53,398 bases of DNA from a virus (lineage: Duplodnaviria; Caudoviricetes): positions 1-53,398 of IMG/VR virus record IMGVR_UViG_3300044639_002247; one strand, 5' to 3'. This document shows, piece after piece, positions 8,754 through 16,982 of this stretch (positions within the stretch are counted from its first letter, which is position 1; each line of letters opens with the position of its first letter). The position numbers and the translations under genes were made by a program. The notes below the pieces were generated by a model. The model ran no database searches, had not been told where the DNA came from, and worked only from the letters and a program-made list of their open reading frames with translations.

Positions 8754-9671
8754 ATGTCATTCGAAAAACTAAAACAAAATCGTTCAACTAGTATCAATAA
8801 ACTTGTTGAAGCCGCTGAAAAAATTAATACAACAAAAACTTATGGCGACGATCGTCTATGGAGTCCAGTTGTAGACAAAGCTGGAAACGGTTATGCTGTG
8901 ATTCGCTTTTTGCCTGCCCTTGAAGGTGAAGACCTCCCATGGGTTCGCTTTTGGGATCATGGCTTTAAGGGACCTACTGGTCGTTGGTACATTGAAAACT
9001 CCCTTACTAGTATTGGCCAACCCGATCCTGTAAGCGAAATTAATAGCGTACTTTGGAACAGCGGTAATGAAAAGGACAAGGAAATTGCCCGTGAACGCAA
9101 GCGTCGTTTGCACTACGTCAGTAATATTCTAGTCATTAGCGACCCGTCAAATCCAGACAATGAAGGCAAAGTTTTCTTGTATAAGTTTGGCAAGAAAATC
9201 TTTGATAAGATTATGGATATTATGCAACCACAGTTTCAAGACGAGTCCCCAATCAACCCGTTTGATTTTTGGGCTGGTGCAAACTTTAAGTTGAAGATCC
9301 GTAACTTTGAAGGCTATCGTAACTATGACAAGTCTGAGTTTGAGGGTTCATCTGAACTCTTCGCGGCTGATGAGGCAAAGCTTGAAAAAGTTTACAACTC
9401 ATTGTACTCTTTGAAGGACTTTACTGACCCATCGAACTACAAGTCATATGCTGATCTTAAGCGTAAACTTGTTGAGGTGCTTGGTGCCGATGCACTTGCT
9501 GGTTCTTCAACCGAACCGGCAAGTGTTAACGCTGCAGCTGCCGTAGTTGGCAAGTCTATTGAACCAGCACAAACCTATGCGAGTTCGGAGTCTACGTTTG
9601 CTGCGTCAACCAGTGATGACGATGATGACGAGTCACTTAGCTACTTTGCAAAACTTGCGCAAGGCGGTTGA
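8754..9671 (+). CDS. 32: single-stranded DNA-binding protein gp32
   Basis: DKAGNGYAVIRFLP, WYIENSLT, YKFGKKIFDK, NYDKSEF, acidic tail DDDDDESLSYFAKLA. Confidence 0.96.
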   Translation: MSFEKLKQNRSTSINKLVEAAEKINTTKTYGDDRLWSPVVDKAGNGYAVIRFLPALEGEDLPWVRFWDHGFKGPTGRWYIENSLTSIGQPDPVSEINSVLWNSGNEKDKEIARERKRRLHYVSNILVISDPSNPDNEGKVFLYKFGKKIFDKIMDIMQPQFQDESPINPFDFWAGANFKLKIRNFEGYRNYDKSEFEGSSELFAADEAKLEKVYNSLYSLKDFTDPSNYKSYADLKRKLVEVLGADALAGSSTEPASVNAAAAVVGKSIEPAQTYASSESTFAASTSDDDDDESLSYFAKLAQGG

Positions 9672-9687
9672 TCATTAACGCTTAATT

Positions 9688-9721
9688 AAACGGGGGATAG
9701 AGCAATTCTATCCCCCGTTTT
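9688..9721. terminator. Rho-independent terminator (likely bidirectional)
   Basis: Perfect 14-bp stem AAACGGGGGATAGA/TCTATCCCCCGTTT with 5-nt loop after gene 32. Confidence 0.88.
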
Positions 9722-9734
9722 CATATATACTTCT

Positions 9735-10013
9735 ATGATATTTTTAATAAAAGTATTTACATATCTAAACTGTAAAGACTGTTTGCGTCACATACAGACA
9801 CTTCGCGAATATTGTGATCGCACCCCAACACGTCTAGAGATTATTGACGTTGACGTGGAAGAAAATCTACCGCTTATATTTGAATATAAAATAGCTGGTG
9901 TACCTCACACTATATGTTATAACATACGCGGCGAAATTATGTACAGCTTTTTTGGCGTAAAGACGTCAGAAGAATTTGACAATATTGTCTATTATAGAAT
10001 AAACGATCAATAA
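9735..10013 (+). CDS. thioredoxin/glutaredoxin-like protein
   Basis: CKDC motif, IDVD, and GVP cis-Pro motif. Confidence 0.75.
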   Translation: MIFLIKVFTYLNCKDCLRHIQTLREYCDRTPTRLEIIDVDVEENLPLIFEYKIAGVPHTICYNIRGEIMYSFFGVKTSEEFDNIVYYRINDQ

Positions 10014-12595
10014 CCTAAAGCAGTACCAGTAAATAATGGCATCATTGGAGATGCATTATTATTTACATTACTGCTGCTGACGTTACTCACGTTTCCTCCG
10101 CTGTTATTATTTACCACTACGGTTGTTGCCGTAGCTGCAACATTTCCAGCTGTTGCTAACGTATTACCGGTAGATGGTGGAACTGTTTGTATGTTATCTT
10201 TCTCTTTCCACGCAAATTTTGCTTTTTCATATTCATCATATGATTTATAGCCAGCCGCCGAAGCTTTTTCCTCCTTAGACATCTTTGAAAATCGTATGTC
10301 ATCTTTCTCTTTCCACGCAAAGTTTGCTTTTTCATATTCATCATATGATTTATAGCCAGCCGCTGAAGCTTTTTCCTCATCTGACATCTTTGAAAATTTA
10401 TCGGTTGAAGTAGCCTTTGCGATTTTTTCAATCTTATCAATCGGGAAATTATCTAGAGCCTCAATTTCATCTCCAAGTCCAGCCAATGCAGCTATCCCCT
10501 TTGATAGACTTAATACGCCCGCGCCAGCGGCAGCTAAACCTCCTCCAATAGCAGCAAATTTCTGTAATTGTTCTAGTGGACTATCAGATCCAAATCGCAA
10601 TAGGTTTCCAACAAATTGTCCTAACCCAGCCAAAGCGTCACCTGCACCAAAGGCAGCAAGTGCAAGAGCAAGAGCACTAATTGCCTTTGCAGAATCAAAT
10701 ATTTTTGCTGGATCCAACGCGTTCGAGAACGTCGTAAATTTTTCCATAAAATTTCCTATGCCGTCTCCAACTAAACCAGTTGCTGCACCAAGTGCAAGGA
10801 CTCCAACTGAGAATGGTATCATCGCCAAGCCGCCTAATGCTAAACCAGCCGCACCTTTGAGTAGACCCATTCCCAAATCGCCAATAGCTTTGCCAATCGG
10901 TCCTAATACATCAGAATCAATTTCGCTTATTTTCTTTAGTGAGTATGCAAGTGGAATTAATGAAGCTCCCAATAGAGCTATTACTACAGCACCAGTCGCA
11001 ATAAGAGGCGCAGCAGAACCAATTACTGCTGCTGCGATGCCCAATCCAGTAATTGCCGCAGCAACTATACCTAATGTTTCCCATTTTACCCCTTGAAGCA
11101 TTTTTAACGAGTATGCAAGTGGGATTATTGATGCGCCGAGAACGGCAATAGCGAGCGCGCCCTTTAAAACCATACCCATATTTTTACCAAGCACAGATGC
11201 GGCAAGGGCCAATCCGCCGAGGGCTGCGCCAGCAACTGCTATAGTTTTTAAATCAATATCCTTAAATAACTTTAGTGAATATGCCAGCGGAATCATTGAC
11301 GCGCTTAGCAACAGTATGCCAAAAGCACCCTTAATTATTGCTCCAGAAACTTTTCCAAGCTTTTCACCAAAATAGCCGAGTGAATCACTAATGCTTTTCA
11401 TTGGCTTAACAATGCCACTTGCTATTTTTTTAATTACATCAGTAAACTTTTTAATTATTTCTATAGGCAACTTAGAGAGTGAACCTAAAAATAACTTTAA
11501 TGCCTTTACTGATAAAAGAGTTTTAACCCATTTTATACTCGCAAATGCAGTCAATGACTCGCCAATACTTTCTAATGGCGTTAACGCAGCAGAAACCCGT
11601 TTTAAATTTTTAGCTGCCTTTAAATTTTCTGGTGAGGCCGCGCCCTTGAAGGCTATATTCAGCACCTTATTGAATATTTTAAATTTGACTAAGCCTATCA
11701 TAGCTTTAGTCAAATTAATATTTGCAATGCCATCAATAGCCGATGACAACAAATTCAATGGTTGTATTATTCCTTCTATAGTTGATTTGTCAATTCGTAT
11801 TTTTGAAACTTCGTCAACTAATTTTTGTATACCGCCAACGTAAGATTTAATAAGCGAAGTCGGTATTGCATTTAACATTAACCCCTTCGTTATACTAGAT
11901 AAATCTGGTAATTGTATATTGCCAAAACCGGCGACTGGCGAATTGGTGTTTGCAGCTACCGAAGTGTTTGTCCTACTCGGCGAATTGGTGTTTGCAGCTA
12001 CCAACGTGTTTGTCCTACTCGGCGAATTTAGTCTCACTAATGCACCAAGTTGTTTCTTTAAATCTGATGCAATGCTTATCAGTCTTTCTAGAAAGACTGG
12101 AACATCAGATGTATTATTTGCAACTAACTCGGTATTATTTACAACTAACTCGGCATTAGGTGCTAGCGATGATGTATTAGTATTATTTGCAACTAACTCG
12201 GTATTAGTTGCTAGCGATGATGTATTAGTATTATTTGCAACTAACTCGGTATTAGGTGCTAGCGATGATGTATTAGTATTATTTGCAACTAACTCGGTAT
12301 TATTTGCAACTAACTCGGTATTATTTGCAACTAACTCGGTATTAGGTGCTAGCGATGATGTATTATTAACACTAGCTAAATTTAGTCTCACTAATGCACC
12401 AAGTTGTTTCTTTAAATCTAATGCAATGCTTATCAGTCTTTCTAAAAAGACTGGAACATCAGTTGTATTTTCTCTCGCAGCAGCCGACGCCAACGTAAAA
12501 TTATAGTTATCAACTGTATCAAGAATTAAATCTTGAGACAAATTGGAACTCTGTAATTCTTTTACTATTTGTGTTAGCGCCGTATTTTCGTTCAT
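10007..12595 (-). CDS. tape-measure-like protein (gp29 position), 862 aa
   Basis: Long Ala/Gly/Leu helical repeats (ASxIPLAYSLK x3), Asn-rich C-terminus, position after gp26/gp51; start at 12595 forms ATGA overlap with gp51-like stop. Confidence 0.72.
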   Translation of the reverse strand: MNENTALTQIVKELQSSNLSQDLILDTVDNYNFTLASAAARENTTDVPVFLERLISIALDLKKQLGALVRLNLASVNNTSSLAPNTELVANNTELVANNTELVANNTNTSSLAPNTELVANNTNTSSLATNTELVANNTNTSSLAPNAELVVNNTELVANNTSDVPVFLERLISIASDLKKQLGALVRLNSPSRTNTLVAANTNSPSRTNTSVAANTNSPVAGFGNIQLPDLSSITKGLMLNAIPTSLIKSYVGGIQKLVDEVSKIRIDKSTIEGIIQPLNLLSSAIDGIANINLTKAMIGLVKFKIFNKVLNIAFKGAASPENLKAAKNLKRVSAALTPLESIGESLTAFASIKWVKTLLSVKALKLFLGSLSKLPIEIIKKFTDVIKKIASGIVKPMKSISDSLGYFGEKLGKVSGAIIKGAFGILLLSASMIPLAYSLKLFKDIDLKTIAVAGAALGGLALAASVLGKNMGMVLKGALAIAVLGASIIPLAYSLKMLQGVKWETLGIVAAAITGLGIAAAVIGSAAPLIATGAVVIALLGASLIPLAYSLKKISEIDSDVLGPIGKAIGDLGMGLLKGAAGLALGGLAMIPFSVGVLALGAATGLVGDGIGNFMEKFTTFSNALDPAKIFDSAKAISALALALAAFGAGDALAGLGQFVGNLLRFGSDSPLEQLQKFAAIGGGLAAAGAGVLSLSKGIAALAGLGDEIEALDNFPIDKIEKIAKATSTDKFSKMSDEEKASAAGYKSYDEYEKANFAWKEKDDIRFSKMSKEEKASAAGYKSYDEYEKAKFAWKEKDNIQTVPPSTGNTLATAGNVAATATTVVVNNNSGGNVSNVSSSNVNNNASPMMPLFTGTALGY
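10196..10397. repeat. 105-bp tandem duplication in TMP C-terminus
   Basis: FSKMS.EEKASAAGYKSYDEYEKA.FAWKEKD x2; copies start at 10196 and 10301. Confidence 0.9.
11938..12462. repeat. compound repeat in TMP N-terminus
   Basis: 84-bp direct repeats 12025-12108 and 12379-12462 flank a 21-bp-unit array (GTATTATTTGCAACTAACTCG = NTELVAN); 42-bp repeat at about 11938-12028. Confidence 0.9.
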
Positions 12596-12774
12596 TTTTT
12601 CTGTTTTGCTTCTTCTTCTTTTATATAATTTATTAATAGCGTGATATAAATCTCCCTCTCCCATGGCAACATATTATCCAATTCCGTTAAACTATACTTG
12701 TGATGCTGAAGTAATGAAAAATTAGTTTGATAATAATTACTTAATGATTCATGTGAGAGGGCTATTCGAAAAAA
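12592..12774 (-). CDS. gp51-like frame (baseplate hub assembly/tail chaperone C-part), probably reached by -1 frameshift
   Basis: Manually translated: (FF)RIALSHESLSNYYQTNFSLLQHHKYSLTELDNMLPWEREIYITLLINYIKEEEAKQKK*; no ATG before the conserved part; missed by ORF track. Confidence 0.78.
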   Translation of the reverse strand, partial: FFRIALSHESLSNYYQTNFSLLQHHKYSLTELDNMLPWEREIYITLLINYIKEEEAKQKK

Positions 12775-13475
12775 GATTGTATTCCAGATAGAGTCATATC
12801 ATTATCTTTTTTACACTTAACGCACTTAAATTTAATATTATGTTCAAGTTTGGGTGACTGTGCAATATATTGCTCTATTTTAGAAAGTTGAGCGCGATTT
12901 AAACTATTGACAAATGTCAATAATTCCTCATGCGACGTTTCATCGGCTCTATAGACGCCATTGTCATCAAAAATTGTCTCGATCGATGCAATAATCATGT
13001 TTGTTATTGCATCCATATTAATATTAGAGTCGTCGCCAACAACAGACGACATATCATTAACTTTAATATATTGTAAAATTATACCTATTTTATCGGTTAG
13101 CATAATTTTATTACTTAATTTGGCTTCTGGCCAAACGAGTTGTATTTCATCAATGTTTATAGCAACTTCGTTATATGTTTCGCAATGTTCACACTTACAT
13201 TTAATATTACTAATTTCGCCTACGCTTTTTGCTCGTAACTTTAAGAAAATATATTCAATATCAAATGATGTTAATTGCTCAGTCTTTATATTGTTAAATG
13301 TACATACGTGTATAATATCTTTAATAGCAGATATCATTTCAGCAGAACTATTTGCTTCCTGCGCAAGTAGTAATATCTTTTCTTCTTTTACAAGAAATGG
13401 GCGATACTCAATTGACTGCGACGTTGATGGTACAGTCAATACATATTTTGGTGATTCAAGTGTTGGTAATGGCAT
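12762..13475 (-). CDS. 26: baseplate hub assembly protein gp26-like
   Basis: MPLP...YRPFLVKEEKILL, FDIEYIFLKLRAKSVGE, two CxxC pairs, ends GIQSFFE. Confidence 0.88.
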   Translation of the reverse strand: MPLPTLESPKYVLTVPSTSQSIEYRPFLVKEEKILLLAQEANSSAEMISAIKDIIHVCTFNNIKTEQLTSFDIEYIFLKLRAKSVGEISNIKCKCEHCETYNEVAINIDEIQLVWPEAKLSNKIMLTDKIGIILQYIKVNDMSSVVGDDSNINMDAITNMIIASIETIFDDNGVYRADETSHEELLTFVNSLNRAQLSKIEQYIAQSPKLEHNIKFKCVKCKKDNDMTLSGIQSFFE

Positions 13476-13508
13476 AATGTTATTATTTATTATATAGTTT
13501 TTTTATAT

Positions 13509-14111
13509 TCAGGCTAGATTAATATTGGCTCTGCCAAAGTCATTGGTGTCAATTGTTGCGTTTTGCACCGAGCTTCCAGAGGTCGGATTAATTTTAAGTT
13601 CGTCATATGTAAATACAACAGTTACTTTTGAAATACTTGATTCGGCACCGTTATCTAAATCAATTGAACCTATTGAAATGGGATAAGCATTTACTAGTTG
13701 TACGGCGTAAACTACACCATCGCTTTCGTCTAGTTGTGCAATTGCTATATCTCGTTTATACTCTGCATCATACGAGAGTAAATACGAATTGATGTTTATT
13801 ATTTTTTCCATCCAACTATCCAATGCGGTTTTAACCACATAGTTATTTGTTAGGTTAAAGTTCATAGTAACATCATCCTCAGTATACCCAGTTGGTATTT
13901 TTAAAGGACGAGCCATGCCTATTCTGTCATACTCTATAGTGTTAATTTGCTTGCTTGGTATATTAACAGTTTCACATAAAAAATTTAAATCACGTGTGTC
14001 TAGTTCTCCGCTCCCGGGTATGTCAGTAATTTGTATTTTAAATCGGTTTGACCTAGCAAATCCTTTATTTTTTAAGATAGCGCTTTTAAAGTCTCGTATT
14101 GAAGATGACAT
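13509..14111 (-). CDS. baseplate tail-tube initiator gp54-like
   Basis: GFARSNRF, LCETVNIP, AYPISIG..L, VVFTY; tail-tube-like fold; synteny. Confidence 0.75.
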   Translation of the reverse strand: MSSSIRDFKSAILKNKGFARSNRFKIQITDIPGSGELDTRDLNFLCETVNIPSKQINTIEYDRIGMARPLKIPTGYTEDDVTMNFNLTNNYVVKTALDSWMEKIININSYLLSYDAEYKRDIAIAQLDESDGVVYAVQLVNAYPISIGSIDLDNGAESSISKVTVVFTYDELKINPTSGSSVQNATIDTNDFGRANINLA

Positions 14112-14112
14112 A

Positions 14113-14697
14113 TTAGATTAGTGTGCGTGTTTTTTGCCAAATTGAAACGTTCTTTTTACCAATGAAAGAATCAGTTGGTAAAAATAGTGCTATTTCCCAT
14201 TCGTTTGGAAGCACCTCAACTGTTTTGGAGACGATATGTTTGTATAGGTAATGCTTAAAGCAGGGAGCATATGCCCGTAGTTTTGCAGTGCTACTTAACA
14301 TATTGTAAGATAACCTAAATCGCGTAGTCTCATCTAATTTTTTATTATTCATATTATCCATTAGACGATCAAAAAACATTGCGCGTTGACGTGGTGGTAA
14401 GTAATGTAAGTTTAGACCATAGAACCCTTTTTTAGCCGGTCCTATCATGAGTATAAGCGGAAAGCGGTCATAGTATGGTAATGTCTCTTTATGTTTTGGA
14501 TCATATAAAAACATAAACATGCGGCCAATAAGAGGTCTGCTTCTAACTTCTAGTGAATCGTCATTTAATATTCTCGTGGGGGTTATATTTGTTATGCTGC
14601 GTATTTTACGCAAGAACCAGTCACGCGACTCTGCCGTTCGTGGCAAAAAACCCGCACGCTCAGCGTCAGATTGTATCTTCGAAAAAAGAGACGGCAT
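14113..14697 (-). CDS. 2: DNA end protector protein gp2
   Basis: YDPKHKETLPYYDRFPL, GLNLHYLPP, WEIALFLPT. Confidence 0.92.
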   Translation of the reverse strand: MPSLFSKIQSDAERAGFLPRTAESRDWFLRKIRSITNITPTRILNDDSLEVRSRPLIGRMFMFLYDPKHKETLPYYDRFPLILMIGPAKKGFYGLNLHYLPPRQRAMFFDRLMDNMNNKKLDETTRFRLSYNMLSSTAKLRAYAPCFKHYLYKHIVSKTVEVLPNEWEIALFLPTDSFIGKKNVSIWQKTRTLI

Positions 14698-14702
14698 ATA
14701 TC

Positions 14703-14710
14703 TATTTATA
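14703..14710 (-). promoter_or_regulatory. T4-type late promoter
   Basis: TATAAATA on - strand, 5 nt before gp2 ATG. Confidence 0.8.
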
Positions 14711-14718
14711 CTGTTTTT

Positions 14719-15174
14719 TTATGTCAATAGCTTAATTCCAAGACCTTTAATTACGTCTTCTGTCCAAATTTCAAATACCCATCCACGGTCAGCACAATAT
14801 TCTTTTGCTGCTTCCCACTTTGATATATTTTTAGCATAGGTTAGCACCTCCGTAATATACCTCTTTGTTTTTATGGCGCGGACAACTGGTTCCTGTGTTT
14901 GCTTTTTTGGTTTTATTTCAATAAGATATGTAGTTCCAGTTTTAAATGTTACTTTTAAGTCTACAAAATATCTATGGCTCTTTCCATCTGACCGGCATCG
15001 ATATGGCACAATCGTTTCTTCGCTACTCCAAGAGACAACTGCTGGGTTGTTGTCACACCATTTAAAAACCTGGCGTTCCCATGATGATCTATAGACTACA
15101 GCGGATGCGTCTCCATTATATTTTTCTCTGTGTATTACGCGATATTTACCACTATAATAATGCCGTTTTGTCAT
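14719..15174 (-). CDS. 4: head completion nuclease gp4 (TnsA-like)
   Basis: YRSSWE, WSSE, HRYFVD, IEIKPKKQT, KWEAA. Confidence 0.92.
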   Translation of the reverse strand: MTKRHYYSGKYRVIHREKYNGDASAVVYRSSWERQVFKWCDNNPAVVSWSSEETIVPYRCRSDGKSHRYFVDLKVTFKTGTTYLIEIKPKKQTQEPVVRAIKTKRYITEVLTYAKNISKWEAAKEYCADRGWVFEIWTEDVIKGLGIKLLT

Positions 15175-15189
15175 ATAAATACTTATATG
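15172..15189. promoter_or_regulatory. overlapping divergent late promoters
   Basis: TATAAATA (+, 15174-15181) and TATAAGTA (-, 15180-15187) between ATGs 12 bp apart. Confidence 0.72.
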
Positions 15190-15921
15190 GCAACAACTTC
15201 TTTTCCAGACAACCGAGATAAAATGGCGCGGCGTCCTACTATTAGATTTTCATGTGATGGAGCTAATTCGGCTATTATCATATTGCCTATGCCAGGATCG
15301 TTGCAGTTTGGTGATGGGGCGTCATATAATAATGCCGAGTTGGGTGTTAGGGGCAACCTGGTTGCAGGCGCAGCTGCGAGTGCCCCAGGCAGCGGTGGCG
15401 ACCCTGCTTCACTAGCAAAGACGTTTGATGGAATAAAAGATGCGGGATCAAATGCTTCAGTGGCAAGTATACTGCAAGGAATTGCTAGTACAATGAATAT
15501 TGGAGAAAATGTGGCAAGTGCAATTAGTATTGGTACTGGAACAACATTAAATAAAAACATAACTACAGAATTTACTGCTACAAACACACGAGTCTTTTCG
15601 TTTGCCTTTCAATTAATTTCTACTAGTATATCAGAAACAGCAAAGATTAGAGAAATAGTAAATGCGTTTCGTTTAAATCTTTATCCAGAGGGAGATGAGT
15701 TACAATTAAAATATCCACCCAAGTGGGATATAAAGTTTCTAGCTGATGGTGGTGATATACCAGACATACCTAAAATAGGTAAAACATACTTAACCGAAGT
15801 TAGTACAACATTTAACGGCTCGGCTAATATGTGGAGGACTGATGGCTCACCGCTTGAAACGTCTATTCAATTACAATTTATGGAAACTAAAGCATACAGA
15901 CGAGACACTTTACCAAAATAA
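15187..15921 (+). CDS. baseplate tail-tube cap gp48-like
   Basis: LPMP..L, RVFSFAFQL, YPPKWDI, DGSP...LQFMET; start moved to ATG 15187. Confidence 0.78.
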   Translation: MATTSFPDNRDKMARRPTIRFSCDGANSAIIILPMPGSLQFGDGASYNNAELGVRGNLVAGAAASAPGSGGDPASLAKTFDGIKDAGSNASVASILQGIASTMNIGENVASAISIGTGTTLNKNITTEFTATNTRVFSFAFQLISTSISETAKIREIVNAFRLNLYPEGDELQLKYPPKWDIKFLADGGDIPDIPKIGKTYLTEVSTTFNGSANMWRTDGSPLETSIQLQFMETKAYRRDTLPK

Positions 15922-15924
15922 ACA

Positions 15925-16980
15925 ATGTTATTTTTTTCAAAGTATCCCAAAATAAACTATGATTTATTTTCAGATGGTTCGGTATTTGAACTTACTGACA
16001 TTTCTCGTGCTATTATTCTAAATTCAAATCGTATAGGCGATGACGACACGCCATATACATACTACACTATAAATGACGGTGATAGACCAGATGTAGTTTC
16101 ACACAAGCTTTATGGTGACTCTTCATATTATTGGACTTTTTTCATATTAAATGAGTTTTTACGCGACGGTTACACCTCCTCTTGGCCGCTCTCATATCAC
16201 AATTTTATAAAAATGATAGAGCGTGAGTATAGTAGGTTTTCATCGATATCTATACTTCCGACAGTTGAACCAGAAAAAGACCTCAATGGCACTGCCACGC
16301 TTGATATATCATTTATACCACTAACTTCGCAATACGCGCCATACTTAAAATTTGCATCTGGCGATGGCAGTTATTTTTCAACATTTGTTAGGTATGATGC
16401 CAAACGCAACCAATGTATTATAAGCGATATATACAAAATTAATAAGAGTGCTGGAATTGGTAATACTATTATTTCTACACGAATTGATAATATACCTAGA
16501 GAAGATTTTGTAGAAAATACTGGCTTGTCATATAAAATAGCATGGGATGATACTGTGCGTGAACGCGGATTGTCTATTACTGACGCGAAAAATAAGAATA
16601 TTGCGCTTAAAGCAGAATGGATTGATACTATATATTCTAATATCAAAAAATATGATCTAATTGGCATAGGGGAACATATCGCTGCAGCAAGTTCAAAGGA
16701 AGAATATATCGCGTCTAAGAAACTTGCAGTTGCAAAAAAGGAATTTAGGTGGAGTGATTACGCAAATGCGGCATACCAGTATCGTTCTCTCGATGACACC
16801 ATTTTATCATCATATGATGTATTAACAAATCCAAATATAATTAATCCACTAATAACATCATTTTATGATTATGAGACGTCAATTAATGACTCAAAACGTA
16901 TGATAAAAACAATACGTCCAGAATTTATAATTAACTTTTCTGATAAATATTTTGAAGAATTAAACGATACGTTGCTATAA
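15925..16980 (+). CDS. 53: baseplate wedge protein gp53
   Basis: FFSKYPKINY, DGDRPDVVSHKLYGDSSYYW (LysM-like), C-terminal YDYE...NDSKRMIKTIRP. Confidence 0.88.
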   Translation: MLFFSKYPKINYDLFSDGSVFELTDISRAIILNSNRIGDDDTPYTYYTINDGDRPDVVSHKLYGDSSYYWTFFILNEFLRDGYTSSWPLSYHNFIKMIEREYSRFSSISILPTVEPEKDLNGTATLDISFIPLTSQYAPYLKFASGDGSYFSTFVRYDAKRNQCIISDIYKINKSAGIGNTIISTRIDNIPREDFVENTGLSYKIAWDDTVRERGLSITDAKNKNIALKAEWIDTIYSNIKKYDLIGIGEHIAAASSKEEYIASKKLAVAKKEFRWSDYANAAYQYRSLDDTILSSYDVLTNPNIINPLITSFYDYETSINDSKRMIKTIRPEFIINFSDKYFEELNDTLL

Positions 16981-16982
16981 TT

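Noticed and set aside
3882-9671. Introns, inteins or homing endonucleases in ligase, thyX or gene 32
   Set aside because: Proteins are of normal length with contiguous motifs; no HNH, GIY-YIG or LAGLIDADG ORF seen.
12111-12365. 21-bp repeat array as a CRISPR array
   Set aside because: Units are tandem or separated by recurring rather than unique spacers, keep the reading frame of the TMP, and no cas genes are present.
10758-12506. + strand ORFs antisense to the TMP (10758, 11391, 11919) and similar antisense ORFs across fibre genes
   Set aside because: Shadow frames arising from repetitive, biased coding on the other strand; no motifs or start context.
12596-12664. ORF-track start of the TMP at 12664
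   Set aside because: It overlaps the conserved gp51-like frame; ATG 12595 gives a typical ATGA coupling.
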